A stretch of DNA of 64,000 bases. It comes from Corallochytrium limacisporum Hawaii (Eukaryota; Protista; Pluriformea). Shown here in pieces: positions 42,558 to 54,261 of the stretch; position 1 is the first letter of the stretch, and every line of letters starts with the position of its first letter. Below the pieces are notes generated by a model. That model was not told where the DNA came from. It ran no database searches and was given only the letters and a program-made list of their open reading frames with translations. The position numbers and the translations under genes were made by a program. Location of the stretch: positions 1 through 64,000 of the forward strand of contig PDIP01000064.1 of assembly GCA_002811645.1 (NCBI GenBank), read 5' to 3'.

Positions 42558-43853
42558 ATGGAAAACCGTAGGTCTGCCGATGGGTATCTGGCGGTCATAA
42601 CTGCCTCAACATTGGCATGCCTAGTATTCCCCATCAGTATTCGACTCTTCCGCACGGTCGTGTGGGCACCACTCGGAATCACCGCAAATTCCGGCTGGGT
42701 TAGCAATGGTGCAGGGATCACCACGGCCACCGCGAGTTTGATCATAGCAGGGGAAGTTGCCATAGCGACAGGTGTTTATTTGGATCCTACGCACTTCGGG
42801 GTGAAAGCAGTTGTTGACCTCAAATGGTATGATTCCTCATACATCAACGCGGGAATCATTGCCACACTGACAGCTGGCTGCGCTTCTATCTTGCGGGAGC
42901 TGCACCATGATGCATACATGAGCGTCAAGGCAGATGGATTCCACGTAGATCGACATTTTCCATTTAGCAGCACTCTCGGCGACCGCCGTGACTACCGTCA
43001 CAGCACTTTCACCGGATCACTGGCCGAATCCGTAGAAAATGTCATCAACAGAGTTGCTACCATCCTCAGCGCTGCAAGTAGCGGGAACTCACCGTCGCTG
43101 GATGACTTCAGTCCCCGCGAATTCAGTCTGCTGCTCTCCCTCCTTTTCTGGACGCTCGTGGGCGGCAGGCCGTGGCAACCGCTGCCAGCCGATCTGCTCC
43201 GCCTTGGACCATTCTACCGGACAGGTATCCCGACCCCGCGTGGTGTGATCGCTGGGCCAACAAAGTCAATGCGCGAGAAGCTTGCAAGGATTGCCAATCG
43301 GCGCGGGTGCCACAGCTGTGGCACCGGGCTGCATGGTAACCATTTCATTGCCGACCATCAGCCCCCTAGTGCACTGGTGCGGTCCCACATCAAGAGGAGC
43401 TGGCGATGGCTCGGTTGGCTCGGTGGCGGTGTGGTGCGGTCGCCTCAGCGGGACGCACTGCTGCGTAAGCGCTTCGCTTACAATGGCAGTAGTGCGGGAG
43501 GCGGTAAGCGATCATCGCTCCTGAGATCCGTCGTTTTCTCGCCCTTAACATCTGCAGTGGAGAAGCTGCAGGCGTCCGCGTCACCGTTGCTGCGCCTTTG
43601 GGCCCCACCGCAGCGCCTAGTACCGCACTGTGCTCAGTGTTCCCTAGAGCAAAGCCAACTGTGCGCCAAGTTGACCAGCCGCGCCCTGAGTACAGGCACG
43701 GTCCCCAGTTTGGTGGACAAAGGCGCACTGTGGCGGTCCTGGCGGGTCAGCACGCTACGGATGCACGACCTTTACCTTCCCGTGCCGATGATGTACACCA
43801 TGGGACTTGCGGATGACCACGGCCCCAATGCCGGCGCTGGTTTCGCTCATTGA
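42558..43853 (+). CDS. Uncharacterised membrane protein with C-terminal Zn-binding HNH-like (beta-beta-alpha-Me) domain
   Basis: Hydrophobic N-terminal segments, then GCHSCG (43308), IADHQPP (43353) and QRLVPHCAQCS (CAQC at 43629-43640). Confidence 0.75.
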   Translation: MENRRSADGYLAVITASTLACLVFPISIRLFRTVVWAPLGITANSGWVSNGAGITTATASLIIAGEVAIATGVYLDPTHFGVKAVVDLKWYDSSYINAGIIATLTAGCASILRELHHDAYMSVKADGFHVDRHFPFSSTLGDRRDYRHSTFTGSLAESVENVINRVATILSAASSGNSPSLDDFSPREFSLLLSLLFWTLVGGRPWQPLPADLLRLGPFYRTGIPTPRGVIAGPTKSMREKLARIANRRGCHSCGTGLHGNHFIADHQPPSALVRSHIKRSWRWLGWLGGGVVRSPQRDALLRKRFAYNGSSAGGGKRSSLLRSVVFSPLTSAVEKLQASASPLLRLWAPPQRLVPHCAQCSLEQSQLCAKLTSRALSTGTVPSLVDKGALWRSWRVSTLRMHDLYLPVPMMYTMGLADDHGPNAGAGFAH

Positions 43854-44045
43854 ATGGCTTGGTCTCCTCATGTAACATATGCTAAATTAGTAGAAACTTG
43901 TGCCCATATTTCAATACCGATTTTGAGATGTACCCAATGGGTTTCCACGTCTTCGTGATGTTTTCATATTTGCGCTGTACTTTGTGTTGACGCATTTTCC
44001 AAGCGTCTTTTAGCTCCTGTGCTGGTGGCGAATGCTATAGTGCAC

Positions 44046-44404
44046 TTACTTGAGTTCCAGGTCTTCCAAACTCTTCTGCATATTGTAAAAAAAGGAAAGT
44101 AATTAATCAATACCATGGTTAGCAAAATTCAGTTCATTTCCCATTACACCAACCTTCGCAATCCCATTTCTCTGTTTATACTTACCCGTTCACTACCTGG
44201 TTCTGCCGTCTCATGGCTGGCCAAGGGATCAAACTCGTCCAAAGACGTGTCCACTTGCTGAACATTCTCCTTCGATACGCTTGTAGCTACCTCATTGCCG
44301 CTCCCTTCAGAAAGCGCCTGTGGGTCTGCCACCTTTTCAGCCTTCAGTTCCACCTCAGGTAGACTATCTGGTGCGGGATCGCCCACCTTTGCAACGTCGG
44401 CCAT
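44046..44404 (-). CDS. Small acidic two-exon protein (82 aa; exons 44404-44186 and 44075-44046)
   Basis: aaacaATGG start; in-frame splice yields ...GSER/KSLEDLELK-stop; coding-like composition ends exactly at the donor site. Confidence 0.7.
44076..44185 (-). other. U2-type spliceosomal intron, 110 nt
   Basis: Donor GTAAGT, branch site TGCTAAC (44124-44118), polypyrimidine tract, and the first AG after the branch site is CAG. Confidence 0.75.
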
Positions 44405-45365
44405 TGTTTACGTTCTCTTGTATGATATCACGCTTCTATATCCTGTCGCAGTCCATAAATGGGTTAAATGATAGCTATCTCGTTTGATATCGATCCGACT
44501 ACCGTGCCATACGGGTCACGTTTAAACGATCTCGTTGTTTCATTATTGGACGTTCAAATAGACCAGTGCATGAAATAGCCTCGGATGCCTGCCAATGGGT
44601 GACCTTTTTGGGGTTTTCTTAAAGGAGAGATGAAACACCGACAGATGCGATGGACAGACCCACAGCAATCTCCGTGGGCCCGCGACTGGGTATCTCTGGT
44701 GCTCACACTAACCCCAACCCCCCCCCCTTACCCAAAATTTCGGTGACAGCAGCAAATATGTTCAAACCGCACGTCCGTACTTTCACTACTGAAATCCAGA
44801 GACTCCCTCACCCTTGCCAGGCCGTAGTGGCCCCTATTTAGGGGTCCTCCTCGCCCGGTCCTCGGGGCAACGGGTGGTACCACCGATTGAAAAGCCTGGC
44901 CCGCTTTTGGGAAAACATTGCGCAGGAAGGGTTAAAATCACAGGGGCCGGAAAGAGAAAAAAAAAATATTCGTAAAAACACACACAGCCCCGAGGACCCC
45001 CAGGCCCCACCAACCCGTCGCTTGCCCTCCCCTCCCCCCCTCCTTTAGTTTCCTGTGTATTTTCCCATTTGGAGCGCCCCCCCGGGGGGGGGGGGGGGTC
45101 CTGGCCCTAAGCGCCCGGGGGCTACCGGAGAGGAGACCGTTTGGACGCGCGCAGTTGGGGTGGGAGCGCTGCGCCGCTCTGCTGCGGTTCGCGGGTTTCG
45201 GAGGAGCGGCGGGGGTTCGTTAGGGGAACAGTTCAAGACCGGGTGGCCCCTCCGTGGCGGGGGGGGGGGCAGACTTAGGACCCAGTGCTGTGGTATTGAC
45301 TATTATAGTACATCTGTCTATGTAGCGGGGTTTGGTTTATAGTTTAGTTGCTATTACTGTGTGTT

Positions 45366-47588
45366 TCACGCAGATATTGACGATGGTGGAACAGTGTCCT
45401 GATTCTCTGCCCGGCGATGCTCCAGGCCGATGCGGGTAACAAGGAAGAAGACGGCCGCGTTTGTGACGTGATAGGCCACAAACATTGAGAAGCCTGAGTA
45501 CAGCGCAGATACGCCGTGGAACTGGACGGTACGAATGGCACAATCCATAAAGGACGTGAACGGAGTACTCAGAGCCACCGCCGAGATCACACTGCCATCC
45601 ACACCTGTAACTACCACTCCCAGGCCTTGCAGATGAAGCTTTACGAGGATGGTATTCACAGGATACGCTACCGCGTCCCCGACAAAGGCTGCAAGCATCG
45701 ATGCCGCAGCGTGTGATGTGATGGTGCTGACTGCTTCCACTGTCTCCTCATTGATGTTTTCTGCAAAATCTTCCGACCCATCATCACCGGCCGGATTTGA
45801 TCCGGATTGGAAGTATCGTAAGAATCCCATAGGGAACAGGCTGCCGTGGTGCAGCAAGTTGCGCAGGACACGCCGCTCAACCAGGAGACTCACTCCGTCC
45901 TGCAGCAAGGTGCAGAGAATAGCCGGTAGGGCCAATTTCCAAAGGCTCAGCGGTCGCGATATAACCAGAGTAGCAGCTTTGGTCAGATTGGCGCTCTGAT
46001 CCAAGATTTCACTGGGTGCATGTGTGTGTGGCAGGATTCGTGCCCGTAGAACCTGCCACAGAGTCGGCAGAAACGACCACACAATCCCCCAATAGGGACC
46101 AATGGCATTGTTCGGGGTGAGAAGACCATGTTGCACGGCTGTCACAGCTACACTCGGGTCGCCAGCCATTCTACGGTTCCATCCCGGATGGCGGGGATTG
46201 GCGGCCACTGCCGCAATTACAGCGACCGAGGTGACCGGTAGACTGAGCACAGATGCAAGAGATCGGCTGATTACGAAGCGCACCAGACCTGTCATGGGAT
46301 GCATGGGTTGACCATCGCTATATCTGCGCTGGAGTGCCAAGGTCTCGTTCTTGTCTGTGAGCCCTTGTTCATTGTCATTCTCGTCGAACGGACTGTCCTG
46401 CTCCCCATGCTCCTCTTCGGTCTCAAGCAAGGAGTCCTGCAGATGATGTTGAGCACTTGCGTTCGCCAATGATTGCAGCAGATACGCGTTGATTGCAGTC
46501 TGCAGGCCAATGTGCAAACTATCCCTTAGACACTCTTCTGTGTAGCCCCGCGCTGGAACGCGGCGAAGCATGACAAAGAATGCATCCATGACCCCTGCAC
46601 TGGCCGTGGGTATGGATTGACCACTAGACAATGGCATGATCGCGCGTTGCCCCTGGTTCAACAGCCAGCGCCAAGGCTGCAGTTCGCTACTGCTTGGAGT
46701 GGGCCAGGCTTGAAGTTGTAGTTTTAGCGCGAGCAGAGGAAAGCTCACCAGGCTTGCCACCAGACTACCTACCATAGCACTCTCTAGCTGTAACTTCAAA
46801 TCCTCCTCGTCTGTGGGCGGTCGAGTCACTTTCTTTGCAACGGGAGCTTCAACCACATTGCCACTAGCCATAGGCAATGTCAAGCTTTCCACAGTTGCTG
46901 CGGCCGCTGCCGCCTGTGCTGAGTCGGCGCTGAGACTGTAGGTTGACTGTGCGTGCAAATTCGTCATGCTTCGGTTCAGGCTGCTCTGGCTATTATATCG
47001 CTCAACTCGCCGTCGTCCCCGTGAGCTGCGTGTCCGTGAAGCTATATTTATATTACTACCGGTGTCTGCCACTGCTACCGCTTCTACGTCCTCTGCTGCG
47101 CTCTCCTCCCTTCTAGGGGACGTGGGAATCCCGGACTCTTCAAGCTCGATCTGTCTGGCGATTTGACTATTGCTCTCGTAGGCTACGGCATGCAAAATTT
47201 CTTGCTGCGCTTGTAAATCCGGCGTGCTGTATCCACGACTCCTAGGCGTGGTGTATCCGCTCACTGAACCACCCAAATTCAGCAGGTCAAGGTTGCTGCC
47301 AACGGCATCGTTGCCCAAAAATGCACCACCGAGGCCAAGATTGTGGTCGTACCGGTGGTACTCTCGTTCCAGCTCTGCGCCCGATTCTGATCCAGAAACT
47401 CGCGTCTGTGGAGTGCGTTGTCCTCCATCTGTATAAGATCGCACCCGTAAACTCGGGCTGGAACCGCGACTGGACATGACACGCAGGTCTCCATGTGACC
47501 CAGCCCTACTCCGTCCTTCCTGCCGATCCGGGTTGCGCCAGGACGAGCTGGCCACCCCGAAAAAGTACCAAGGTGCTAGGTATACCAT
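45366..47588 (-). CDS. SLC25A46: SLC25A46/Ugo1-like mitochondrial outer-membrane carrier-fold protein
   Basis: Degenerate carrier repeats SFPLLALKLQLQ and AYPVNTILVKLHLQG...FMDCAIRTVQFHGVSALYSGF; RPLSLWKLALP; long disordered N-terminus; start uncertain. Confidence 0.8.
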   Translation of the reverse strand: MVYLAPWYFFGVASSSWRNPDRQEGRSRAGSHGDLRVMSSRGSSPSLRVRSYTDGGQRTPQTRVSGSESGAELEREYHRYDHNLGLGGAFLGNDAVGSNLDLLNLGGSVSGYTTPRSRGYSTPDLQAQQEILHAVAYESNSQIARQIELEESGIPTSPRREESAAEDVEAVAVADTGSNINIASRTRSSRGRRRVERYNSQSSLNRSMTNLHAQSTYSLSADSAQAAAAAATVESLTLPMASGNVVEAPVAKKVTRPPTDEEDLKLQLESAMVGSLVASLVSFPLLALKLQLQAWPTPSSSELQPWRWLLNQGQRAIMPLSSGQSIPTASAGVMDAFFVMLRRVPARGYTEECLRDSLHIGLQTAINAYLLQSLANASAQHHLQDSLLETEEEHGEQDSPFDENDNEQGLTDKNETLALQRRYSDGQPMHPMTGLVRFVISRSLASVLSLPVTSVAVIAAVAANPRHPGWNRRMAGDPSVAVTAVQHGLLTPNNAIGPYWGIVWSFLPTLWQVLRARILPHTHAPSEILDQSANLTKAATLVISRPLSLWKLALPAILCTLLQDGVSLLVERRVLRNLLHHGSLFPMGFLRYFQSGSNPAGDDGSEDFAENINEETVEAVSTITSHAAASMLAAFVGDAVAYPVNTILVKLHLQGLGVVVTGVDGSVISAVALSTPFTSFMDCAIRTVQFHGVSALYSGFSMFVAYHVTNAAVFFLVTRIGLEHRRAENQDTVPPSSISA

Positions 47589-50500
47589 GATTCTACTAAT
47601 TGAGATGTTCGTTTGAACTCCCTACTGTTCAAGAGTCAATCATGTTCCACATCTCTTCTGAAAACTGGGCACAGTGTAATTTACCACAGAGGACAAAGCT
47701 GCTACCATTGACTGCCCTTTGGTACAAGTAGCTTTTAAACCATGAGTTCACAAAAGATATACCGAAGGTGAGTCCCCGCGGCGAACAGGAAATGATGTTG
47801 TGCCCTTTGTCAATCAAGAAACCTCTGCCCTGAACAGTGGTTGGTTGGTCTGGTTGCCCTGTTTCAGGGCCCGCCCCTACCTCGGACCCTCCACCGAGCC
47901 CCGCCTCCACCGAACAAACAGACTCGGACGGAACGGCACCCCCCCCCCTCTCCCGTTGACCCGTTCCACCGACCCATTGGCGGAAGCGGGGGCCTAGGGG
48001 GAACGCAAGTCTAAAGTGAACCGCGTCATCTAACTGAAGACCTTACATTTATGATTTTACGAATTTGTGTTCCATAGAAGGCCCGGATATATATATTACC
48101 CACCGGTTTGGCTGATGGCATCGGGTATCATTTGGGCACGGGGTACCTTTACTTTTTCTATTTCCCTTACATTTTCGAACGGTGCGGGAGTATGACGTCG
48201 GGTTGGTAGGGCCATATGCCGCCTGATCACTAATTTCGTAAATGTAATGGATATGCCCTACACCAATTTGTGAATTTGGGGGACGTATCAAATGTTGGCT
48301 GATTTCTTTCCTGGGCGGACTGCGCCATACCCCCGGTATTGGGCCAGCCTTCCTTTTCGGCTGATTTCAATGAGCAACGCAAATTTGGGACCGTTGCTGC
48401 TGTTCGCTGGGACCCGATTCGGGTCAACTGCTGCTTCATATGTCCATATGTTTAGTACCAGAGACGCCAACAATGGGAAACGGAACACTTGGGTGGTGCG
48501 ACTGTGTGATTGCGCCACCCACTGTTGGTTTGCAACAATGGGGCCATTCAAGGATTATTGGCGATACTAATAGTATGCGATTCTGTTCCGCGAAAAGGGG
48601 AAGAATCCGAAACCGTGCGCCGGTCAGGCACAGGGCGCCCGATGCGATCCATCGAGCCCGCAAGTGGGCCAAGGTAGGCAAATTCGAGCCGGGAAAGTAG
48701 TACAATTTGTACTTTGATGAAAGGAATGTTAAAACCACAGGGGCATATTAACAACTTGCCACAGTGCCTGGAGACAGAGAATGGGGCCAAAGACTGACGA
48801 GGGACAGAGGAAAGGAGTTCGCCTTGGACGAAGAGTTCTGCTGGTCTCACTCTTTCTATATGGGCTAATTTCCATACTGAATTCACTATGTGTTTCCTTG
48901 ATGTTTTGTTCTTTGTTCTGGCGTTTGCAAGGTTATTGTTGGCTTTTGCTAGAGTCGACCAAACTGTTCACCTGGCCCATGCAAATGCTGCTGCGGCGCA
49001 TCCCAATGCGACCCCACACCGACCCCATACGATCCCGCCACTAAGACGCAAGATTTGATCATCAATTCAGGTGCTGTGGATGTCGTCAGGCAAATGAAGT
49101 GAGCACCGTGTTTCTCAGCAGATCATGTCCATCCGCTCCGCATCCGCAAGGTATGCATGGTATCACAGTCAATTTATTTCCTCTTGGGCACATCCATCGC
49201 ATGCTGGCACTGTTCGGATCAAAATAAAGCGTCAGCCAGTGGTGCACTACCGACCCGATCAGAGCGGCGCAGCACTCCTGGATCGCGCGCACATGTGATG
49301 CTCATGAAATCCTTGAAAGCGATCGCTCGTGATTCTTCACCGTCCCATCCTTCTCATTATCTACCCTAATATACTGCCTTTTTGTTTCTCTTTCTCTTCC
49401 GCCCTAATCTCTCCTCCTTTAATTACTGGCTGAACCTAGGACACTAGGGCCATACTCTCGGCAGGAGGGTCAGCCAAACCTTGCGCCCTGTAGTGAAAGT
49501 AAGGGAAATGTGTGAGAAAAGCTTTCCAGTAATTCGGCGGAGAGAGAGAGCCCCCCGGGGGGAGGGGGTCCCGTGTTGACGAGGAAAAGAGGGACCACCG
49601 ACGAACTGCCTTGAAAGCCAAATCACCATCACAAGAGCGCATCCAACAGACATGTTTGCCGTTGATACGAGTGCGCACACAGTTATCCAAGCCAGAGCAG
49701 GTAGCATAACACCAGCATGCATGACGTTCTATTAGCCTATCTCGAATAGGAATTAACCGTACGATGCGCTCAAAAGTATCAGCATAAACCGGTCGTTGCG
49801 ATGTTCTCGTGTTTGCAACATGTAGCATGTGTGTGCTGCACAACTGTGTGCCATGCGAAGACCTAAAAAAGAGTTTTTCTTGTTTCATGTCACTTCCTGC
49901 CCGCTTACGATCTCGATCTGTGGTCGACACACGGGCACCAGCAAACCCTAAATGCAGTACCCCTCTGGAAACGATCTCTTTACTTTCCGAACAAAGATTT
50001 GGTTCGGCTCTTTGAGTCATACCACTCCAGCGTAGCGCGGTGCGTGCGTAACTCCCAGTCAATCTCAGAGGCTTACACCACACACTCACACACACAAACA
50101 CACAACATCAACCCAGGGCCGTCTACCCCAAAGAAAGAAAAGGGAAAAGTTAAAGGAAAGAAGGAAAAGGAAGGAAGAAGAACGACCCGGGCGTGTTGCC
50201 CGTGGGTCCGGCAGCGGGGGTTGTGCGTAGAGTGCGGATTGTATGACCATGGTGACCTGAACGGCAAGAGAGAAAATGAATACATCAGCGCGTTAATTAC
50301 TAAAAAAAAAAAGAGAGAGCGAGAGAGAGAGTACAGAGACGGACATGACAAGGGCCCCGGGAGGGAGGGGGGGCAAGCCCTCCCTTCCCGGAGCTCCTCT
50401 CACTGAGAATCCCTTTCTTAGATTATTGGGAGAATGAAGAAAGATACACCGAGGCCGCCGGGGCCATTGTGAGAACAAGAAGAAAAAAAGGAAAAAGAAA

Positions 50501-51153
50501 GAAAAGGAACGGACCAGTGAACCCCCGGGGGAGGTTAATACACCTGCAAAATATACGCGGGTGGGTCCGTACCCCCCCCCCTCTCTCTCTCTTCCCCGGC
50601 GGGGCGCGTCAGCACCGCGTAATATGGAATTTCGTCCTTCGTTCCTACTCTTCGACTCAATGACAAAAAGAAAACAAAAAAATTGCCAGTTTGTGTTTCT
50701 TTGGGCCTGCTGGGCGCGAGGGAAAAGAGGGGATGGGTGGCCAGGGGAATGAATGGTAGAAGAGAGAGTCAGACCGAGGGAGGGAGAGAGAGCGAGAGCG
50801 AGAGAGAGATGAGGAGGAGGACAAGATTCCTTCTCCTGGATCGTTCCTCCACCAATTCCATATTAATACCATACTACCATTATACCATAATACGAATCAG
50901 TTTAAAAAAAGAAATGAAAGGGGCAACCCCCCTCCTACCCCGGCAAGTGGTGACCTCCGCCCTTTCGCCGCTTGGTGGTCTCATTGGTGTGCAAAAAAGG
51001 GAGGGTCCGGTTTGGCGATGACATAGTAATAATACCAAAGATTACCTCAGTTTTTTCTGTGCGTGGGTGGGAGGGACTGGGGACCCTTCTCTCTCTTGGC
51101 TCGGCGGGTTTACTATACAAGGAGAAGGGGAACCACCCCGGGGAGGGGGGGGG

Positions 51154-51402
51154 NNNNNNNNNNNNNNNNNNNNNNNNNNNNNNNNNNNNNNNNNNNNNNN
51201 NNNNNNNNNNNNNNNNNNNNNNNNNNNNNNNNNNNNNNNNNNNNNNNNNNNNNNNNNNNNNNNNNNNNNNNNNNNNNNNNNNNNNNNNNNNNNNNNNNNN
51301 NNNNNNNNNNNNNNNNNNNNNNNNNNNNNNNNNNNNNNNNNNNNNNNNNNNNNNNNNNNNNNNNNNNNNNNNNNNNNNNNNNNNNNNNNNNNNNNNNNNN
51401 NN
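51154..51402. other. Assembly gap (N) flanked by G-rich tracts
   Basis: 249 N, preceded by CCCCGGGGA-G9 and followed by a purine tract. Confidence 0.99.
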
Positions 51403-52230
51403 GGAGGAGAAGGAGGGGGGGGGAGAGGGTTCGTGGTACGAAAGGGTTGGATGACCTCGTCCAACAATCAAACGCACGCAGGTTGCAGCACCACCCCCTC
51501 CCCCCTTTTCTTCTCACTTTTCTCTCCCACCCACCCCCCAAAATTGCGCAGTACTGCGGTCACCTGAGCGGGGGGCTTAGGGTTAAAATGAAAGAGCGAG
51601 CGAGATAGGGAGAGAGGGGGGGGGGTGCGGAGAGAGGGAGAGCACGCTGCTAATACTAAATAAACAGGGTCAGCAGGTGACTCCCCCCTAACCTTCCTCT
51701 CCCTAGCCGATCCGTGCCCCAGACCTCTTGCGCACTTGCCCTACGCTACTCCGTTCAAAACCTTTCTCTCGTCTTTCTTTGTGAGGGAGAGTTTGGTTCG
51801 CAAAGAGCGTACCGGCGGGGGGGGATCCACACATTTTCTATACGCTCGTCGGAGATCCCGGGAACAGAACGAAACGGGAGATGAAGGAAGTTTCCGCCTG
51901 GGATGAGACCCGACGGTCGGGGATGGGGGGAAAAGGTGAGCGCAACGGTCAAAAGAGCAATTCTTTTGCAGTGCTGGTTTGTTTGGTCAGACAGCAAGAA
52001 TATCGTTCGGTGTCCCTGATGTCTGTGTTGTTGTTTCTGTGGCGCGACCATACAGTTGTGCATCCCTAAACACGCCGGTTTGGCTGACTGCGCACTGATC
52101 CAAGTGGCTATTTAAGTGGACCAAGTACGGAAAAATTCACGATCAATTGTGTTTGAGGATACTTAACACGTGACTAAGGGAAAGAATAGAGGTCTTGGAT
52201 TGGTCTTGTACACTCCAGATATTTCCCACC

Positions 52231-53538
52231 ATGGCGAAAATTGCAACCTACGGATTATTTGGCCTCCCCGGCACATTCCTGGCCATCCTGTTTGCGCTGT
52301 GGATGATGCCCCGCGCTGACGTACCGAAGCACATGCAGAATCACAAGCTCGTCTATGACGGACAGCTCCTGAGCGAGGAAATGGGCGATGCACTGGTTGC
52401 TCGCCTGAAATCAGTAGATTACCTGCCTTCCAACAACAACGATCTCAAGTTCTACACTACTCGCCACGAACACATTGGTGAGGCGGTACCTTACTCTCCG
52501 GACGAGGGCTGCCCGCACCCACTCATGGTTCCCTCCATCAACCGTACCGAATGCATCCTGCCCGGTCGAGTGGACATCGCTAAGCACTACATTACCGGTG
52601 GTGGTCTGGAGGGCCGCAAGGAACGGTTCGAAGTGGCTGCCAGCCGCCTGCAGAGCTTTGGTCAGTATAACTGGGACTTGAACGTCTACCCTGAATTGCC
52701 CAAACTCTTTGCCGACTCCAAGTTTCAGCAATTCAGCAAGTCCGTTTGTCCTGATGACAGGCAGTACCTCGACCCGTTCCAGTTCAATTTCATTGTCCAG
52801 GTACCTGGACAGACAGTAGCACTTCATCTGGATGGTGTTTACTTCTGGGGTGCGAGTCGCTTCGAGTTCCCGCAGTGGCTCCTCGCTGTTATGGCCTTCA
52901 GCAATCTCTGGTCCGAGGAGTTCATCGATCAGGTCCAGGTGGTCGCCTACCTGCATTCTTGGGACAACTACGATGAACGCGCTGGACAATTTGTATACTG
53001 GGTAGACGGTACGGCCGTGCCCCAGCGGGAAACTCCGAAGAAATACGCCGGCTCTGCCGTGGATGGCACCAAGACTATGCATGCTGCAGAAGTCTACTAC
53101 CCGCAGCGGAAGCTTCCAATCATCAATGGAATGGCAGATAACAGACTGGTCAACGTCGACGGCAAGGGTGAGAAATGGGCTCTGGTAAGCGGTGGCGAAA
53201 CTCTTCAAACGTACGACTGGGATGATCTGCGTGTGACTGTGGTGTACCGCGGACGGTGCTTCAAGGACAAGGAGGAAGCCGAAGCTTACAAGAATCTGCC
53301 CGACGAGAAGAAGATGGCTCTCGAAGAGGTCCTGGCCAAGCTCGGCGATGACTTGGTCAAGCGCGGTCGTGTGTCCCAGCAGAAGCTGGACGATATGAGT
53401 AGGTTCGACTTCGCCCAGCTTTTGGTCCAGGAGTACATCAAGTACCCCTACAGTCCGACCGCCATCATTCCGTACAACTACTGCGCCCTGCCCAGACTGC
53501 TGCCGTTCACAAAGCCCCTGCTGGACATGATCTGCTAG
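52231..53538 (+). CDS. Membrane-anchored putative 2OG-Fe(II) dioxygenase-fold protein of unknown function (435 aa)
   Basis: cccaccATGG start; N-terminal signal anchor; HxD in PGQTVALHLDG, distal His in KTMHAAE, then RVTVVYR; strong C/G-ending codon bias. Confidence 0.7.
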   Translation: MAKIATYGLFGLPGTFLAILFALWMMPRADVPKHMQNHKLVYDGQLLSEEMGDALVARLKSVDYLPSNNNDLKFYTTRHEHIGEAVPYSPDEGCPHPLMVPSINRTECILPGRVDIAKHYITGGGLEGRKERFEVAASRLQSFGQYNWDLNVYPELPKLFADSKFQQFSKSVCPDDRQYLDPFQFNFIVQVPGQTVALHLDGVYFWGASRFEFPQWLLAVMAFSNLWSEEFIDQVQVVAYLHSWDNYDERAGQFVYWVDGTAVPQRETPKKYAGSAVDGTKTMHAAEVYYPQRKLPIINGMADNRLVNVDGKGEKWALVSGGETLQTYDWDDLRVTVVYRGRCFKDKEEAEAYKNLPDEKKMALEEVLAKLGDDLVKRGRVSQQKLDDMSRFDFAQLLVQEYIKYPYSPTAIIPYNYCALPRLLPFTKPLLDMIC

Positions 53539-54261
53539 AGCGGTCCGCAAACAAAAATCATAGAATCATTACAGCCCATCTCCAAACACCATCGTAACAT
53601 TAAAGAAGGTGTTGTCTTTCATGCGTTAGTACTTGGCTATTTTCCGAAGCGTTTGCGAGAGAGTCCCCTTTGTACATTCTTGCTTTCATCGCCTATGTAC
53701 ACGCCTGCAAATCACGCAGAAAAGTACGGTATGGTACGCGGCCATTGGTAACATACTGCTGACGAATGACCTCCATGTCGTCCGGAGCCATCTGAATGTG
53801 TAACAAAGAGAATGTGCTGGAGAAGGCGGTTGCCGCAAGGGAACCCGTGCGAGGCCTGTCCACGTCGTCAAATGCAAAGCGAACGTCTACTCGACGGCCA
53901 CACGCAGCAGCGGTTTTCGATATACGGATTTGGCTGCAACCTGAGCAGCAGTCGGCCCCCCGCTCAGACCGGAGGGAGAGGGGGTTGCGAAGGGGTCCGA
54001 ATGTGGGGCGGGAACGGGTCCGGAGCAGGAGCCGGACGGGCCAGCCACTATCATTTCACGGTATGCCGAGGCAAGGATATTAAGAGTACTTCAGACGATC
54101 AGAGCGCCATAGCATTGACTAAGCAAACTTACCAAAGTGAGCAAGAATTTCGAGAATGTATTGAAGTTCTCTTAAACGGGGTTGCCATTATAGTGTTGCA
54201 CCGCCAAATCATGACGTAACACAGCTGGGAGTCTTAGGAGACGACGAAGACGTAAATCATC

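Noticed and set aside
52411-53550. 379-aa antisense ORF (also 1318-2037 and 4332-5198)
   Set aside because: Codon-register shadows of strongly biased genes; non-ATG starts and no recognisable motifs
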